From Opitutales bacterium (GTDB taxonomy: Bacteria; Verrucomicrobiota; Verrucomicrobiia; Opitutales; UBA9783), in the NCBI GenBank assembly GCA_024407725.1, contig JAKSVZ010000009.1, forward strand, positions 1,668 through 33,667: a stretch of 32,000 bases of DNA, read 5' to 3'. Positions 1 to 9,640 of this stretch are shown one piece after another. Positions within the stretch are counted from its first letter, which is position 1. Every line of letters begins with the position of its first letter. The translations under genes and the position numbers were made by a program. The notes below the pieces were generated by a model. The model saw nothing but the letters and a program-made list of their open reading frames with translations, was not told the origin of the DNA and ran no database searches.

Positions 1-908
1 TTGTAAAATTCAGAATGATTTTTGTTGCCTAACAAACTCTGAATAAACTCATAGTCTAACCCACTTCCGCTAGAACGATCCAAGCCACTTAAACCAAGGA
101 CAAGATGCCCTAATTCATGTTTTAATAGTGGCCAAAAATCCACAAAATCAGGAGATAAGGTCAAAACATGTGAAGAATTATACGAATCCATCGTATACTT
201 ATCGTCATGCCCTTCCACATGAATACGCGGACAAATCACCAATATCATTGGCAAATCCTTTAAGACTTCTTGATTAATGCACAAAATCGCAAGAACTGTT
301 TGGCGTCCAATCGGATGATTGGCCAATTTTAATAAGGCCTTCTCAAACTGTTTTCGGTATTTAGCTACAAACGCTTCGCTCGGTTGATAATAAACACTCG
401 CATTTTCCCCCTCAATACCGCTCAAGACCTGAATATTAGCGGCATAATCCTTAATTGCTTTCGATAACGCATCCCAAGCATCCTTAGAATCCGCATTCAT
501 TGCTATCCATTTGGCTGTAGAACTGGGATACAAAAACTCAATTCCATTCATCAATGTATCAAACGTTAAGACACGTACCCCATCGATTCCAGCTGCTTTC
601 TTCTCTTCCGGCGTCCCTTCGCGGGTAAAAAGCTCTACTGTCGGACGATATAACTTTGTAGTATGGGTTGTTTTATAACGATCATTAAAAAAAGAATCAA
701 GATTAACGAAGGCTTTAAGTTCTTCCGAGTTACATATTAAATCGGAAACCTCTTTAAACGTATCGTCTGTTTTAAACGTAACGACATCATCGGGCGAACG
801 TTGTAAATCTTGGATGAACCCATTTTTTTCTAAAAGCTGAAAGACTTTAAATGCCTCAGCTTCTGTAGGAAAATTTATGGTTGATTCGTGATTAATAACT
901 AAACTCAT
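1..908 (-). CDS. HExxH-motif protein, tandem paralog 1 (5' end complete, 3' end cut by window edge)
   Basis: ATG at 908-906 (ATGAGTTTAGTT, same start context as the paralogs at 2495 and 4069). My translation is open to base 1 and gives MSLVINHESTINFPTEAEAFKVFQLL..., ...EAFVAKYRKQFEKALLKLANHPIGRQ... and ...VDFWPLLKHELGHL.... It aligns by eye with the three downstream paralogs. It is absent from the ORF track only because the stop lies outside the window. Confidence 0.65.
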   Translation of the reverse strand, partial: MSLVINHESTINFPTEAEAFKVFQLLEKNGFIQDLQRSPDDVVTFKTDDTFKEVSDLICNSEELKAFVNLDSFFNDRYKTTHTTKLYRPTVELFTREGTPEEKKAAGIDGVRVLTFDTLMNGIEFLYPSSTAKWIAMNADSKDAWDALSKAIKDYAANIQVLSGIEGENASVYYQPSEAFVAKYRKQFEKALLKLANHPIGRQTVLAILCINQEVLKDLPMILVICPRIHVEGHDDKYTMDSYNSSHVLTLSPDFVDFWPLLKHELGHLVLGLSGLDRSSGSGLDYEFIQSLLGNKNHSEFY

Positions 909-980
909 AACAATAATAATTTTTAAGGTTTTGATAAAAAATTTTGAAAGTTGTTGGCTATCTGCTAGCAACAGATAAGG

Positions 981-2495
981 TTAGGCAATCCGCTTGGGAT
1001 CCCAACCATCCATCTTGCGTACATTGCTTTCGATATGCACGTTATCCTCGCCGCGTAATGCAAATCGATCCTCAATGTATTGGGTGTGTGTATCGCGCTC
1101 GTGCAATTGACATAAGCGCTTAAAAGCGTCCTGTTTGGGCGGCAAAAATGACCAATTTTTGAGGCTATTGAACACATCCAATAGATTTTTCGCGTTTTCG
1201 AACAAGCTTCGTTCTTCACCACTTAATCCGGTAGATGCTAACTTAGCCTGAACCTTTTCCGACAAATACTTTAAGGTTTCAGAACCAGAATATCCCCAGC
1301 GAACCTTTTCAAAAAATGCGAAATCAGATAAACGATTAATGATCAAATAAGGAGTATTCCATCCTTTGGCAGTATTCATCAGCTCCACATTAACCCCGAT
1401 AATATCGGACATCTCCATAGCATTTGGGAAACAAGCCTGAAATGCTAATGCGTTATAAACCTCATACAAACGGCATTCATTTGGTTTACCTTGATAAGGA
1501 GGCAAATATAAGCCCCAATCGTTCGGTAATTGAACCGTTTCAGATTCAGATACATCTATAGACGATTTTCTACAGGCATCTTTAAACAAAGCATAGGTTT
1601 CATCATCGCATCCGAACAAATCCCCTAATAATTTGAATTTTACATGATAGGACATGTCCAAATCCAACCCATAGGTACGCAGAACCAGATGACCCAATTC
1701 ATGCCTTACAACTGGCCAAAAATCCAAAACATTAGGCCCTAACTGCAAATAATGTTCATGGGAATACAGGTATTCTCCAAAATCATCAAATCTCCCCGCA
1801 TTAATACGAGGAGTAATCACCACCTCAAACGGTAAATCTTTTAGGGTTTCTTGGGTTGCACATAACGTAGCAATCACCGTTTGACGACCCACCGGATGAT
1901 TGGCCAATGTTAACAAAACGCGTTCCAACACCTTGCGGTATCTCGCTACACAGGCTGCATTCGGTTTGTAGTAGAGCTTATCATCCCATTCAATTCCGCT
2001 TAAAATTGTAATGTTCGCAGTATAATCCTTAATCGCTTTCGATAACGCATCCCAAGCCTCAGAAGTCCCTGCATTCATCGCTATCCATTTGTCAGTGCTA
2101 CCAAGTGAAAGAGCATCAATCCCCTGCATTAATGTATCGAAAGTCCCGATGCGCAAATCATTAGTTTCCGCAAGCTGCTTTTCTTCAGATGTGCCTTCAC
2201 GCGTATAATACTCAACTTTACCCCAACAATCAGTAGGGCGCTGAATACTACGATGACTGATGGCTTTTTGAATCCCTAAAAAGGGAGCAAATTCCGCCGA
2301 ATTATGGATAACATCCTGAATTTCGTCATACTTAGTTAGAAATTGCTCCCTATCGGTAACAAAGGAAAAAACATCACCTGTAGGCTTTTGCAAATTCTGA
2401 ATTAATCCCTTGTCTGCAAGTACCTGAAAGGCTTTAAAAGCCTCATCCTCGCTGGGATAATCTATGGGCGTTGTTTGATTGATAGTTAAACTCAT
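981..2495 (-). CDS. HExxH-motif protein, tandem paralog 2 (putative zincin-like, possible secreted effector)
   Basis: 504-aa ORF. Blocks shared with the neighbours: DYPSEDEAFKAF, YTREGTSEEKQLA, TFDTLMQGI, ANHPVGRQTVIATLC, VVITPRI, FWPVVRHELGHLVL, INRLSDF, AFKRLCQLHERD, ESNVRKMDGWDP. The family is not recognised beyond the HExxH motif. Confidence 0.75.
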   Translation of the reverse strand: MSLTINQTTPIDYPSEDEAFKAFQVLADKGLIQNLQKPTGDVFSFVTDREQFLTKYDEIQDVIHNSAEFAPFLGIQKAISHRSIQRPTDCWGKVEYYTREGTSEEKQLAETNDLRIGTFDTLMQGIDALSLGSTDKWIAMNAGTSEAWDALSKAIKDYTANITILSGIEWDDKLYYKPNAACVARYRKVLERVLLTLANHPVGRQTVIATLCATQETLKDLPFEVVITPRINAGRFDDFGEYLYSHEHYLQLGPNVLDFWPVVRHELGHLVLRTYGLDLDMSYHVKFKLLGDLFGCDDETYALFKDACRKSSIDVSESETVQLPNDWGLYLPPYQGKPNECRLYEVYNALAFQACFPNAMEMSDIIGVNVELMNTAKGWNTPYLIINRLSDFAFFEKVRWGYSGSETLKYLSEKVQAKLASTGLSGEERSLFENAKNLLDVFNSLKNWSFLPPKQDAFKRLCQLHERDTHTQYIEDRFALRGEDNVHIESNVRKMDGWDPKRIA

Positions 2496-2545
2496 AACAA
2501 TAAAATTTTTGGATTGTTTGGACTATCCGCTCTACACGGATACGG

Positions 2546-4069
2546 TTAACAAACCCGCTGTGGGTCCCAACCGTCCATCTTGCGTACATTGCTTTCACAA
2601 TACAATTCGACATCGGTGGTTACCCGATCATCAATGTACTTTGTATCTATATCACGCTCGTGCAATTGACATAAGCGCTTAAAAGCGTCCGGATCCGGCT
2701 GCAAGGTTGTCCAATCTTTTAAATCTCGGAACTCCTTCAGTACATAGTTAGCATTTTCAAACCACTTACGACCTTCAGTACTCAATGAATCTGATTGTAA
2801 CGTATATCCGATGCGTTCTAACATAGTGTTTAGGATCATTGGATTGCCATGACCCCAACGTACTTGCTCAAGGAAATTAAAATCCGACAAATGGTTAATG
2901 ACCAAGCAAGAGGTCTTTGCTTGAGGACGATCTCCTGGCATCCAATGGGGCATAATTCCAATAATATCCACCATCTCTGCTTCGTTTGAGAAATGAGATG
3001 CTACAACAAACATATCATACAGCATCGGAAGCAAATAATTATTCCCCTCAAAAGCATAAGGCTCAGCACACAAACCCAAAACTATATCCATGGGTAATTG
3101 AACCGTATCTGCTTTGGATACCAATCCAGGAACTGCATTACATTTACGTTTAAACTCATCATAATTATCGTTCCTGAATAACTTCTGACACAATTGCGTT
3201 CCAATACCATAGTGTAGGCATCGATCCAATCCACAAACCCCAAGAATCAGATGATTCAATTCATGATATAAAACAGGCCAGTAATCCAAAATATTTGGAA
3301 CCAACTGTAAATAATGAGATGAGGAATAAGAATCTTGCCCTTGTCGCTTCTTACCCTCCACATGGATACGCGGCGTAATCACCAATTCCATCGGAAGATC
3401 ATATAAAATTGATTGATTAATACATAAAGCAGCAATAACCGTTTGGCGCCCAATTGGATGATTAGCCAATTTTAATAAGGCCTGTTCAAACACCTTACGG
3501 TATTTAGCTACACATACCTCATTCAGCTTATAGTGAAAAGATACACTATCTATATGGCTTCCGCCTACAATCGTAATATTAGCCGCATAATCCTTAACCG
3601 CTTTCGATAGCTTATGCCACGCATCATCAGAATTGTTATTCATAGCAACCCATTCTTGGGTACTACCAGGATAAAGGCTTTCAATCCCTTGCATTAATGT
3701 ATCGAAGGTTACAACACGCATATAATCAGTTCCTGCCAGTTGCTTTTCTGCTGATGTACCTTCGCGGGTATAAAGTTCAACTGTCGGACGACATAATTTG
3801 CTCATCCGATTTAACGCCATAGTGCGTTCTAGTAGAGTTGCCCGATGGTTTAAAAAAGGTTTACAGGGTTCTGATGTTAACAGGATGTCCTTGAGAACAC
3901 CTCTTTTAGCTATAATCCTGCTTCGATCAGTGCTAAAAGAAAACACATCATCCGTAGGGTGTTGGTAATCCCACAGAATATCGTTAGCAGCTAAGAGTTG
4001 CAATACCTTAGCAGCATCATCCTCACTAGGATAATCTATATTAGTTATGCGGGGTGCATTTAAGCTCAT
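2546..4069 (-). CDS. HExxH-motif protein, tandem paralog 3
   Basis: The ORF track extends to a TTG at 4144. The ATG at 4069 (MSLNAPRITNIDYPSEDD) matches the N-termini and upstream context of the paralogs and removes the overlap with the upstream gene. Motif YWPVLYHELNHLIL. Confidence 0.75.
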   Translation of the reverse strand: MSLNAPRITNIDYPSEDDAAKVLQLLAANDILWDYQHPTDDVFSFSTDRSRIIAKRGVLKDILLTSEPCKPFLNHRATLLERTMALNRMSKLCRPTVELYTREGTSAEKQLAGTDYMRVVTFDTLMQGIESLYPGSTQEWVAMNNNSDDAWHKLSKAVKDYAANITIVGGSHIDSVSFHYKLNEVCVAKYRKVFEQALLKLANHPIGRQTVIAALCINQSILYDLPMELVITPRIHVEGKKRQGQDSYSSSHYLQLVPNILDYWPVLYHELNHLILGVCGLDRCLHYGIGTQLCQKLFRNDNYDEFKRKCNAVPGLVSKADTVQLPMDIVLGLCAEPYAFEGNNYLLPMLYDMFVVASHFSNEAEMVDIIGIMPHWMPGDRPQAKTSCLVINHLSDFNFLEQVRWGHGNPMILNTMLERIGYTLQSDSLSTEGRKWFENANYVLKEFRDLKDWTTLQPDPDAFKRLCQLHERDIDTKYIDDRVTTDVELYCESNVRKMDGWDPQRVC

Positions 4070-4119
4070 AAAAATAATATTTTTTAAGTGTTTTGGAAGT
4101 ATGGCTACCAACCGGTTGA

Positions 4120-5697
4120 TTACCCAATCCGGTTTGGATCCCAACCGGATACTTTACGTACATTGCTTTCACTACATAATGTAAGGTCTCTTGTTGACCG
4201 AGTATCTAGATAAGCTGTACTTGTATCTCTTCCGTGCAATTTACATAAGCGCTCAAAAGCTTCCTTATTCGGTTGTTCCTTCGACCAATCTTTTACTTTT
4301 ATGAAAGACTCAACCACGTGTTGTGCATTTTCCAGCAACGTTCGATACTGATCTGGCATTTGCTCATCCGTTAACCTTCGGGTTAGGTCTGCTAATAAGT
4401 CATTTAATTCGGTTAAATTATCATGTCCCCAAGGTATTCTTTCCAACAAATTGAAATCGGATAAACGATTAATGACCAAACAAGGCACCTTAGGCTCTTC
4501 TGGATCATAGGGTTCATTTTTTAAGTAATGGAACCCAACCCCAATCATATTCAGCATCTCTCGCAAATTGGAAAAATGAGCTTTTATAACCAATGCATCA
4601 TAAATCTCCTCAATGGCGTATATATCATTCCTGTAAGAATGATGTAACAACCGCTTACCAAAACCCTTAGGTAATCGAACCATCGAATCTTCGGATATTA
4701 ATCCTTGGAATTTACTACATTCATTTCTAAATTTTGTATAACTCTCTTGGTCGGTACCTAATAAATCCCTCCAGAATTTAAATGGAGCTATATCGCCCTC
4801 ATCAAATCCACAGATACGTAATATAAGATGATTCAATTCATGATATAAAACAGGCCAGTAATCCAAAAAATCTACAGACAAGCGTATATAATGCGCCCCT
4901 ACCGAATACGCAGCGTTTAGTACTGCATGTTCCCCCTCTATAACTATACGCGGCTCAAGAACCACGGTTAATGGCAAATCATGTAAAACTTCTTGATTAA
5001 TGCACAAAGCAGCAATCACGGTTGGCCGACTTAATGGATGATTGGCCAATTTTAATAAAGCCTGCTCAAACTGTTTTCGGTATTTTGCTACACATTCCTC
5101 ATTGGGTTTGTAATAAAGACGTACCTTTAAATCAAATCCCCCTAAAAAGTTAATCGTAGAAACATAAGCTTTAATTGCTTTTGTTAATTCATTGCGTGCT
5201 TCCTCAGAATCCGAATTCATCGCCACCCATTTAGCGGTACTATCGGGACGGCAATATTCGATTCCCTTCATTAACGAATCGAAGGTCACAATACCAAACC
5301 GAGCGGTTTCAACGAGATCTTCTTCTTCCTGCTTGCCTTCTTCAACATAAGGATCACAAACAGGAAGGATTACATTAAAACATCTTTTCTCTAGATGTTT
5401 ATTGCGGCACTCAAACCACTTTTGATTTTTTAAAAAATGTTTAAACGGTTCTTGTAGCGATGAGTCATCTTCCTCCAATGCTTCTGCAAGCGCCCCTAGG
5501 TCCCCTCTGTCATGGACTTTAAACGAAAAAACATCTCCATCATGGCGTTGTAAGTCCTGTATGACCCCCTGCCTCATCATCCATTCAAATGACTGAAAAG
5601 CTTCATCTTCAGAAGGCCATTCTAGGCGTTCCAATTCTTGAAGATAAACACCATCTAATTTCTTAAACCAATTTTTTATTTCTGTATTTATGCTCAT
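4120..5697 (-). CDS. HExxH-motif protein, tandem paralog 4
   Basis: The ORF is open to an ATG at 5730. The ATG at 5697 (MSINTEIK, codons ATGAGCATAAAT) fits the paralog start pattern ATGAG(T/C). Motif YWPVLYHELNHLIL; C-terminus ESNVRKVSGWDP. The start choice is uncertain. Confidence 0.7.
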   Translation of the reverse strand: MSINTEIKNWFKKLDGVYLQELERLEWPSEDEAFQSFEWMMRQGVIQDLQRHDGDVFSFKVHDRGDLGALAEALEEDDSSLQEPFKHFLKNQKWFECRNKHLEKRCFNVILPVCDPYVEEGKQEEEDLVETARFGIVTFDSLMKGIEYCRPDSTAKWVAMNSDSEEARNELTKAIKAYVSTINFLGGFDLKVRLYYKPNEECVAKYRKQFEQALLKLANHPLSRPTVIAALCINQEVLHDLPLTVVLEPRIVIEGEHAVLNAAYSVGAHYIRLSVDFLDYWPVLYHELNHLILRICGFDEGDIAPFKFWRDLLGTDQESYTKFRNECSKFQGLISEDSMVRLPKGFGKRLLHHSYRNDIYAIEEIYDALVIKAHFSNLREMLNMIGVGFHYLKNEPYDPEEPKVPCLVINRLSDFNLLERIPWGHDNLTELNDLLADLTRRLTDEQMPDQYRTLLENAQHVVESFIKVKDWSKEQPNKEAFERLCKLHGRDTSTAYLDTRSTRDLTLCSESNVRKVSGWDPNRIG

Positions 5698-5776
5698 GGA
5701 TTCGCCGATTTTATCAAAAAAAATCAGCATGTCAATCCAAAAAAATAAAAAGAATCCCGCTTAACGAAAATCATCG

Positions 5777-6220
5777 TTAACGAATTTTTTGAACTCGGAT
5801 ACGCGGAGTTGATTGAGTAGAAAGGAAATCCAATGTTTTGCGTTCCATTTCGCGCATCAACGCACGGTCATGGTCCGTATGGTCATCATAACCAGCCAAA
5901 TGTAACCATCCATGAACCGCATACAACGTTAATTCATCCGACAAGCATTGAACCTGTTCATACTTAAGCGCTTCATCAACCGAAATACAAATTTCACCCA
6001 TACGTACCGCATCGCCTTTGAGCGCCGGAAAGGTAATCACATCGGTCGGATTTGCATCGTTCAAAAAGCGAACATGGAGCGCGCACAAAGCTGCTTCGGT
6101 TAAAAAAGCGAACGACAACGCATCGTAATGAATAGGCACATAGCACTCCAAGGATTTTGCTAAAGAACGCAATCCGCTCAGCCGATATTTCGGATGGCCA
6201 TTGTAAATAGTACAACGCAT
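5777..6220 (-). CDS. ybeY: rRNA maturation endoribonuclease YbeY
   Basis: Motif HGWLHLAGYDDHTDHD (the YbeY H-x3-H-x5-H zinc site) and size of about 150 aa. The ORF track start at 6241 is a TTG; the first ATG is at 6220. Confidence 0.85.
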   Translation of the reverse strand: MRCTIYNGHPKYRLSGLRSLAKSLECYVPIHYDALSFAFLTEAALCALHVRFLNDANPTDVITFPALKGDAVRMGEICISVDEALKYEQVQCLSDELTLYAVHGWLHLAGYDDHTDHDRALMREMERKTLDFLSTQSTPRIRVQKIR

Positions 6221-6343
6221 GTACTCAGTAAGGTTGAACAATTTTATTTATTCGTCAAACACAGACCTTATTTCATTTTTGATAAACAAAAAGCTTGCCA
6301 ACCGTGAACAATCTATCGCATCTTAATGAAGATCTTTGTTAGT

Positions 6344-6430
6344 GGTGGGGTATCCAAGTGGCTAAAGGACGTAGACTGTAAATCTATTAGGAGTTTCCTT
6401 TCGGGGGTTCGAATCCCTCCCCCACCACCA
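6344..6430 (+). tRNA. tRNA-Tyr (anticodon GTA), long variable arm, CCA encoded
   Basis: Cloverleaf folded by hand. Acceptor GGTGGGG/CCCCACC, anticodon stem GTAGA/TCTAT with loop CTGTAAA, long variable arm, T-loop TTCGAAT, then discriminator A + CCA. Confidence 0.9.
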
Positions 6431-6488
6431 GGATTTTGGAAATTAGGGTTGAAAATCGCTAAGCCATTAAGTATACTGATTACAGTAT

Positions 6489-6728
6489 ATGAAATCACTG
6501 TTTGTTTGGCTTACTACTCGTCTTATCCTTCTCTTCGTTTTAGTAATAGCCTGTGTTGCTGGCATCGGTTACTATCTATCCTTAGAGTTCGAAGAAGTAT
6601 ACCAATTAACCTACCAAGGACTGGTTAAGCGCGATCAAGTAACATTGAAGAAAACCTTCAATCAGACGCTGGAATCGCACCATTACTTCGGCGATAAATT
6701 TCCTTTCGAAATTCATCCCAAACGTTAA
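6489..6728 (+). CDS. hypothetical small membrane protein
   Basis: 79-aa ORF with a hydrophobic N-terminal segment (LFVWLTTRLILLFVLVIACVAGIGYYL). No recognisable family and no clear RBS. Confidence 0.35.
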   Translation: MKSLFVWLTTRLILLFVLVIACVAGIGYYLSLEFEEVYQLTYQGLVKRDQVTLKKTFNQTLESHHYFGDKFPFEIHPKR

Positions 6729-6748
6729 TTTTTAACGTTTTTTGGTAG

Positions 6749-7534
6749 CTAATAGTTAATATTAAAGAAACGCAATGCGTTTTCGGCGGTTATTTTTGCG
6801 CAATCCGCAAACGAAATTTGCTTTATTTCGGCTAATTTTTCAGCCACATACCGTACATATTCCGGAATATTGTGCTGTCCTCTAAAGGGAGCAGGGGTTA
6901 AATACGGGCTATCGGTTTCAATAACCATACGCTCCAACGGTACCCAAGGAGCAGTTTCCAGCATATTTCCTGCACGTTTAAAGGTTATGACCCCTGAATA
7001 AGACACAAAACCGCCGTTGTCTATAATCCACTGAGCGGCTTCCAAATCCTCCGCAAAGCAATGAAACAATACGCGGCTCAAATCAAACTGCGTATGAATC
7101 AGAATTTCTTTAATAGCAAAAAAAGCATCGCGGCAATGAATCACAATGGGGAGATGATAACGCTGTGCCAAACGCAATTGGTACTCAAATGCCTGCATTT
7201 GTAGCTTCATTTGCGGAATGTGTTCCTTATCAAAGGTACCATGGAAATCGAGACCAATCTCCCCCACCCCAATTGAATGCGGTAAGTACGTACGCAAGCG
7301 TTCCAAATCCTCTTCCCACCGCTCGCTCACTTCCAATGGATGCAGGCCATAATAAACCCTTACGCGGTTCGAATGTTCAGCAACCTGTGAATTCAACAAC
7401 CAATCGTTGGGGCAAGTTGATGCCAACAAAAGCATCCGTAAATTCTTTGCATCCAATTGGGATATATATTCCAGCGCCCCATTCAGACCCAAATTATCCA
7501 AATGGCAATGGGAATCAATTAACAATGGGGTCAT
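6749..7534 (-). CDS. tatD: TatD-family metal-dependent hydrolase (DNase)
   Basis: N-terminal IDSHCHLD motif, later GEIGLDF, and size of about 260 aa. The ORF track start at 7537 is a GTG immediately before the ATG at 7534. Confidence 0.85.
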   Translation of the reverse strand: MTPLLIDSHCHLDNLGLNGALEYISQLDAKNLRMLLLASTCPNDWLLNSQVAEHSNRVRVYYGLHPLEVSERWEEDLERLRTYLPHSIGVGEIGLDFHGTFDKEHIPQMKLQMQAFEYQLRLAQRYHLPIVIHCRDAFFAIKEILIHTQFDLSRVLFHCFAEDLEAAQWIIDNGGFVSYSGVITFKRAGNMLETAPWVPLERMVIETDSPYLTPAPFRGQHNIPEYVRYVAEKLAEIKQISFADCAKITAENALRFFNINY

Positions 7535-7605
7535 CACAGGGTAATAAAAATTTTCTTATGCGCTTAATGGTTGCAAAACCGTAAAAACTAAAATTAATTA
7601 AAAGT

Positions 7606-8181
7606 ATGACGTTGTCAAATTGGATTACCCTCTCGCGTATCGGGTTAATCTTCGTCATTGGATGGTTATTTTACATCCCTTGGCCTAAGGCAAAAATTCT
7701 TGCTCTTATCGTTTATATTCTTACTAGCTCAACCGATTGGTTGGATGGCTATGTTGCGCGCAAATATCACCAAGTGACCGACTGGGGAAAGTTGATGGAT
7801 GCGTTGGTAGATAAAATTTTTACCATCAGTATGTTTATCTTATTGATCGGCAAAGGCCTCATCCCGACTTGGGGAATCTTTTGCATCCTGCTGATTTTAT
7901 GCCGCGAATTCTTCATCACCGGTCTACGCATCTTGTTGGCAAAAAGCGGGGTTGTCCTTGCAGCCGAAGCGCACGGAAAGATTAAAACCATTTTACAATT
8001 AGTGGTGATCGGCTCGTTCTTTTTAATCGAAATGCTAAGGGTCAATATCCACGCTGATTGGATGCAATCCTTACTGCCTGTTTTGTGCTGGATCAATACG
8101 GTCAACTTTATCCTAGCTACCGCCTTAACCCTTCATTCTGGGATCCATTACTACAACAAGTACAGCGCGTATTTGCACTAA
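7606..8181 (+). CDS. pgsA: CDP-diacylglycerol--glycerol-3-phosphate 3-phosphatidyltransferase
   Basis: CDP-alcohol phosphatidyltransferase motif DWLDGYVARKYHQVTDWGKLMDALVDK. Multi-pass hydrophobic protein of about 190 aa. Confidence 0.8.
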   Translation: MTLSNWITLSRIGLIFVIGWLFYIPWPKAKILALIVYILTSSTDWLDGYVARKYHQVTDWGKLMDALVDKIFTISMFILLIGKGLIPTWGIFCILLILCREFFITGLRILLAKSGVVLAAEAHGKIKTILQLVVIGSFFLIEMLRVNIHADWMQSLLPVLCWINTVNFILATALTLHSGIHYYNKYSAYLH

Positions 8182-8223
8182 GAACATTGCTATTTTCCCC
8201 AAAAAACGTTATCCTAATAGTGT

Positions 8224-8664
8224 ATGGAGCTATTCAAGGATTGGCTTACTGAACTAGATAAGGAATTGAATTTAGGGGGTGAGTTGGCGCTCGACGAACA
8301 TCAACGGTGCTTCCTCTTGTTTGATGAAAATCTATTGGTCAGTATTATTTACCATCCTCATGAAAACGCCTATGAACTTAGGGGAAATTTAGGCCCTATC
8401 AATCGGTTGCGCAAAAAGCAGATCAATGCTAAGTTGATAGAAGCCAACCTAATCGGTGAGCTTAATGGCATTGCCCACTTCGCCATTGAAAAATACAGCG
8501 AAAAAGCGCTACTTATTCAATCGCTAACGCTCGATACTTGCGATTATCCACGCTTCAATAAATCCCTAGAGCTGTTTGTTAACCTTTTTGAGTATTGGAC
8601 TAAAAACCTAACCTCATTAACCACCAAAGTGACCCAAGCGCAAATCGTTGGGTTGCGTGTTTAG
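8224..8664 (+). CDS. type III secretion chaperone-like protein (CesT/Tir-chaperone class)
   Basis: 146 aa. The N-terminal pattern F..WL.EL...LNL.GELALDE...C.LLFDENLLVSI and the small size are typical of class I T3SS chaperones. The call is by resemblance only. Confidence 0.45.
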   Translation: MELFKDWLTELDKELNLGGELALDEHQRCFLLFDENLLVSIIYHPHENAYELRGNLGPINRLRKKQINAKLIEANLIGELNGIAHFAIEKYSEKALLIQSLTLDTCDYPRFNKSLELFVNLFEYWTKNLTSLTTKVTQAQIVGLRV

Positions 8665-8692
8665 TACTCAATTTTTTGCTTATTCATACCGT

Positions 8693-9574
8693 ATGCAAGG
8701 CATTTACACATCACTCATCACTCCCTTCTACAAAGACAAAGTGGATTATGAATCGCTAGAACGCTTACTGACGTATCAAATTAAATCAAAAGTACAGGGG
8801 CTCATTCTGCTGGATACAACCGGAGAAAATTCAACCTTAGAATCCACTGAGCGCAACGAATTGATTACCTTTATCACTAAAAAGCTTAACCATAAACTGC
8901 CGTTTTTCCTTACCATTGAGGCAAATTGCACGCGTAAGGCCATTCGGTTTATGCATGAACTGGAGCATTTTAAACCCGATGGATTTTTAATGGTCACGCC
9001 CTATTATAACCGTCCTACTCAAAGCGGCCTGTACCTCCATTATGAAGCGCTTGCCAAGGAAACCCGAAAACCGATTTGCTTGCACTCATCCGCATTTCGC
9101 TGTGGAACTGAATTAGCTGTTGATACCATCGACCAATTGCGCCAAGCGTTTCCCGATACCATTATTGCCATTAAAGAATCGGGCAATTCCTGCAACCGCG
9201 TCAGTCAGCTCCTTAAAAACAAACGCAGTCCCTTCCACGTCCTATCGGGAGATGATTCCCTCATCCTGCCATTTTTAGCACTCGGAGCACAAGGAGCCAT
9301 CAGCACAGCCGCCAACTGGATTGCAAAAGAAATGGTTCAACTTTTTACCTTTGTTCAAGCCAACGACCTTGAAAGCGCCGCCCCCATTAACCGAAATTTT
9401 TATCCTTTATTTCGCGCATTGACCGTAGAAACCAACCCTGCCCCTATCAAATACATTTTGTATAAGGCAGGTTGGATCAAAAGCCCAGAAGTCCGTTTGC
9501 CTTTAAGCCCATTATCCGCCAAAAGCATGGCCTTTATTGACCAAATCCTGGAAAAATTAAAAGCCCAGTCTTAA
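8693..9574 (+). CDS. dapA: 4-hydroxy-tetrahydrodipicolinate synthase / DapA-NAL family aldolase
   Basis: GIYTSLITPF N-terminus, TTGE motif (DTTGENSTL), and Schiff-base lysine context IIAIKESG. The ORF track start at 8648 is a TTG; the ATG at 8693 gives a canonical N-terminus. Confidence 0.7.
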   Translation: MQGIYTSLITPFYKDKVDYESLERLLTYQIKSKVQGLILLDTTGENSTLESTERNELITFITKKLNHKLPFFLTIEANCTRKAIRFMHELEHFKPDGFLMVTPYYNRPTQSGLYLHYEALAKETRKPICLHSSAFRCGTELAVDTIDQLRQAFPDTIIAIKESGNSCNRVSQLLKNKRSPFHVLSGDDSLILPFLALGAQGAISTAANWIAKEMVQLFTFVQANDLESAAPINRNFYPLFRALTVETNPAPIKYILYKAGWIKSPEVRLPLSPLSAKSMAFIDQILEKLKAQS

Positions 9575-9640
9575 TCCACTTACAGACGCCACAAAACATT
9601 TTCCATTTTACAAGCACCCTCACTTGATTAAGATGAAAGC

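Noticed and set aside
4070-5730. N-terminal extensions of paralogs 3 and 4 (TTG at 4144; ATG at 5730)
   Set aside because: The extensions (MGSKPDWVINRL..., MLIFFDKIGES) have no counterpart in the other paralogs. One would overlap the upstream gene. The internal ATGs reproduce the family's MS(L/I) start.
6286-6343. AAAAAGCTTGCCA upstream of tRNA-Tyr as a cassette-type promoter
   Set aside because: The A-tract + GCTTG prefix matches. However, I could not find a -10 hexamer at 16-18 bp (the best candidates are at 13 or 21 bp), so I do not report it as a promoter feature.
6313-6628. ORFs 6313-6498 (minus) and 6326-6628 (plus)
   Set aside because: Both run straight through tRNA-Tyr (6344-6430). 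Their translations are low-complexity artefacts (GGGG/PPPP encoded by the tRNA stems).
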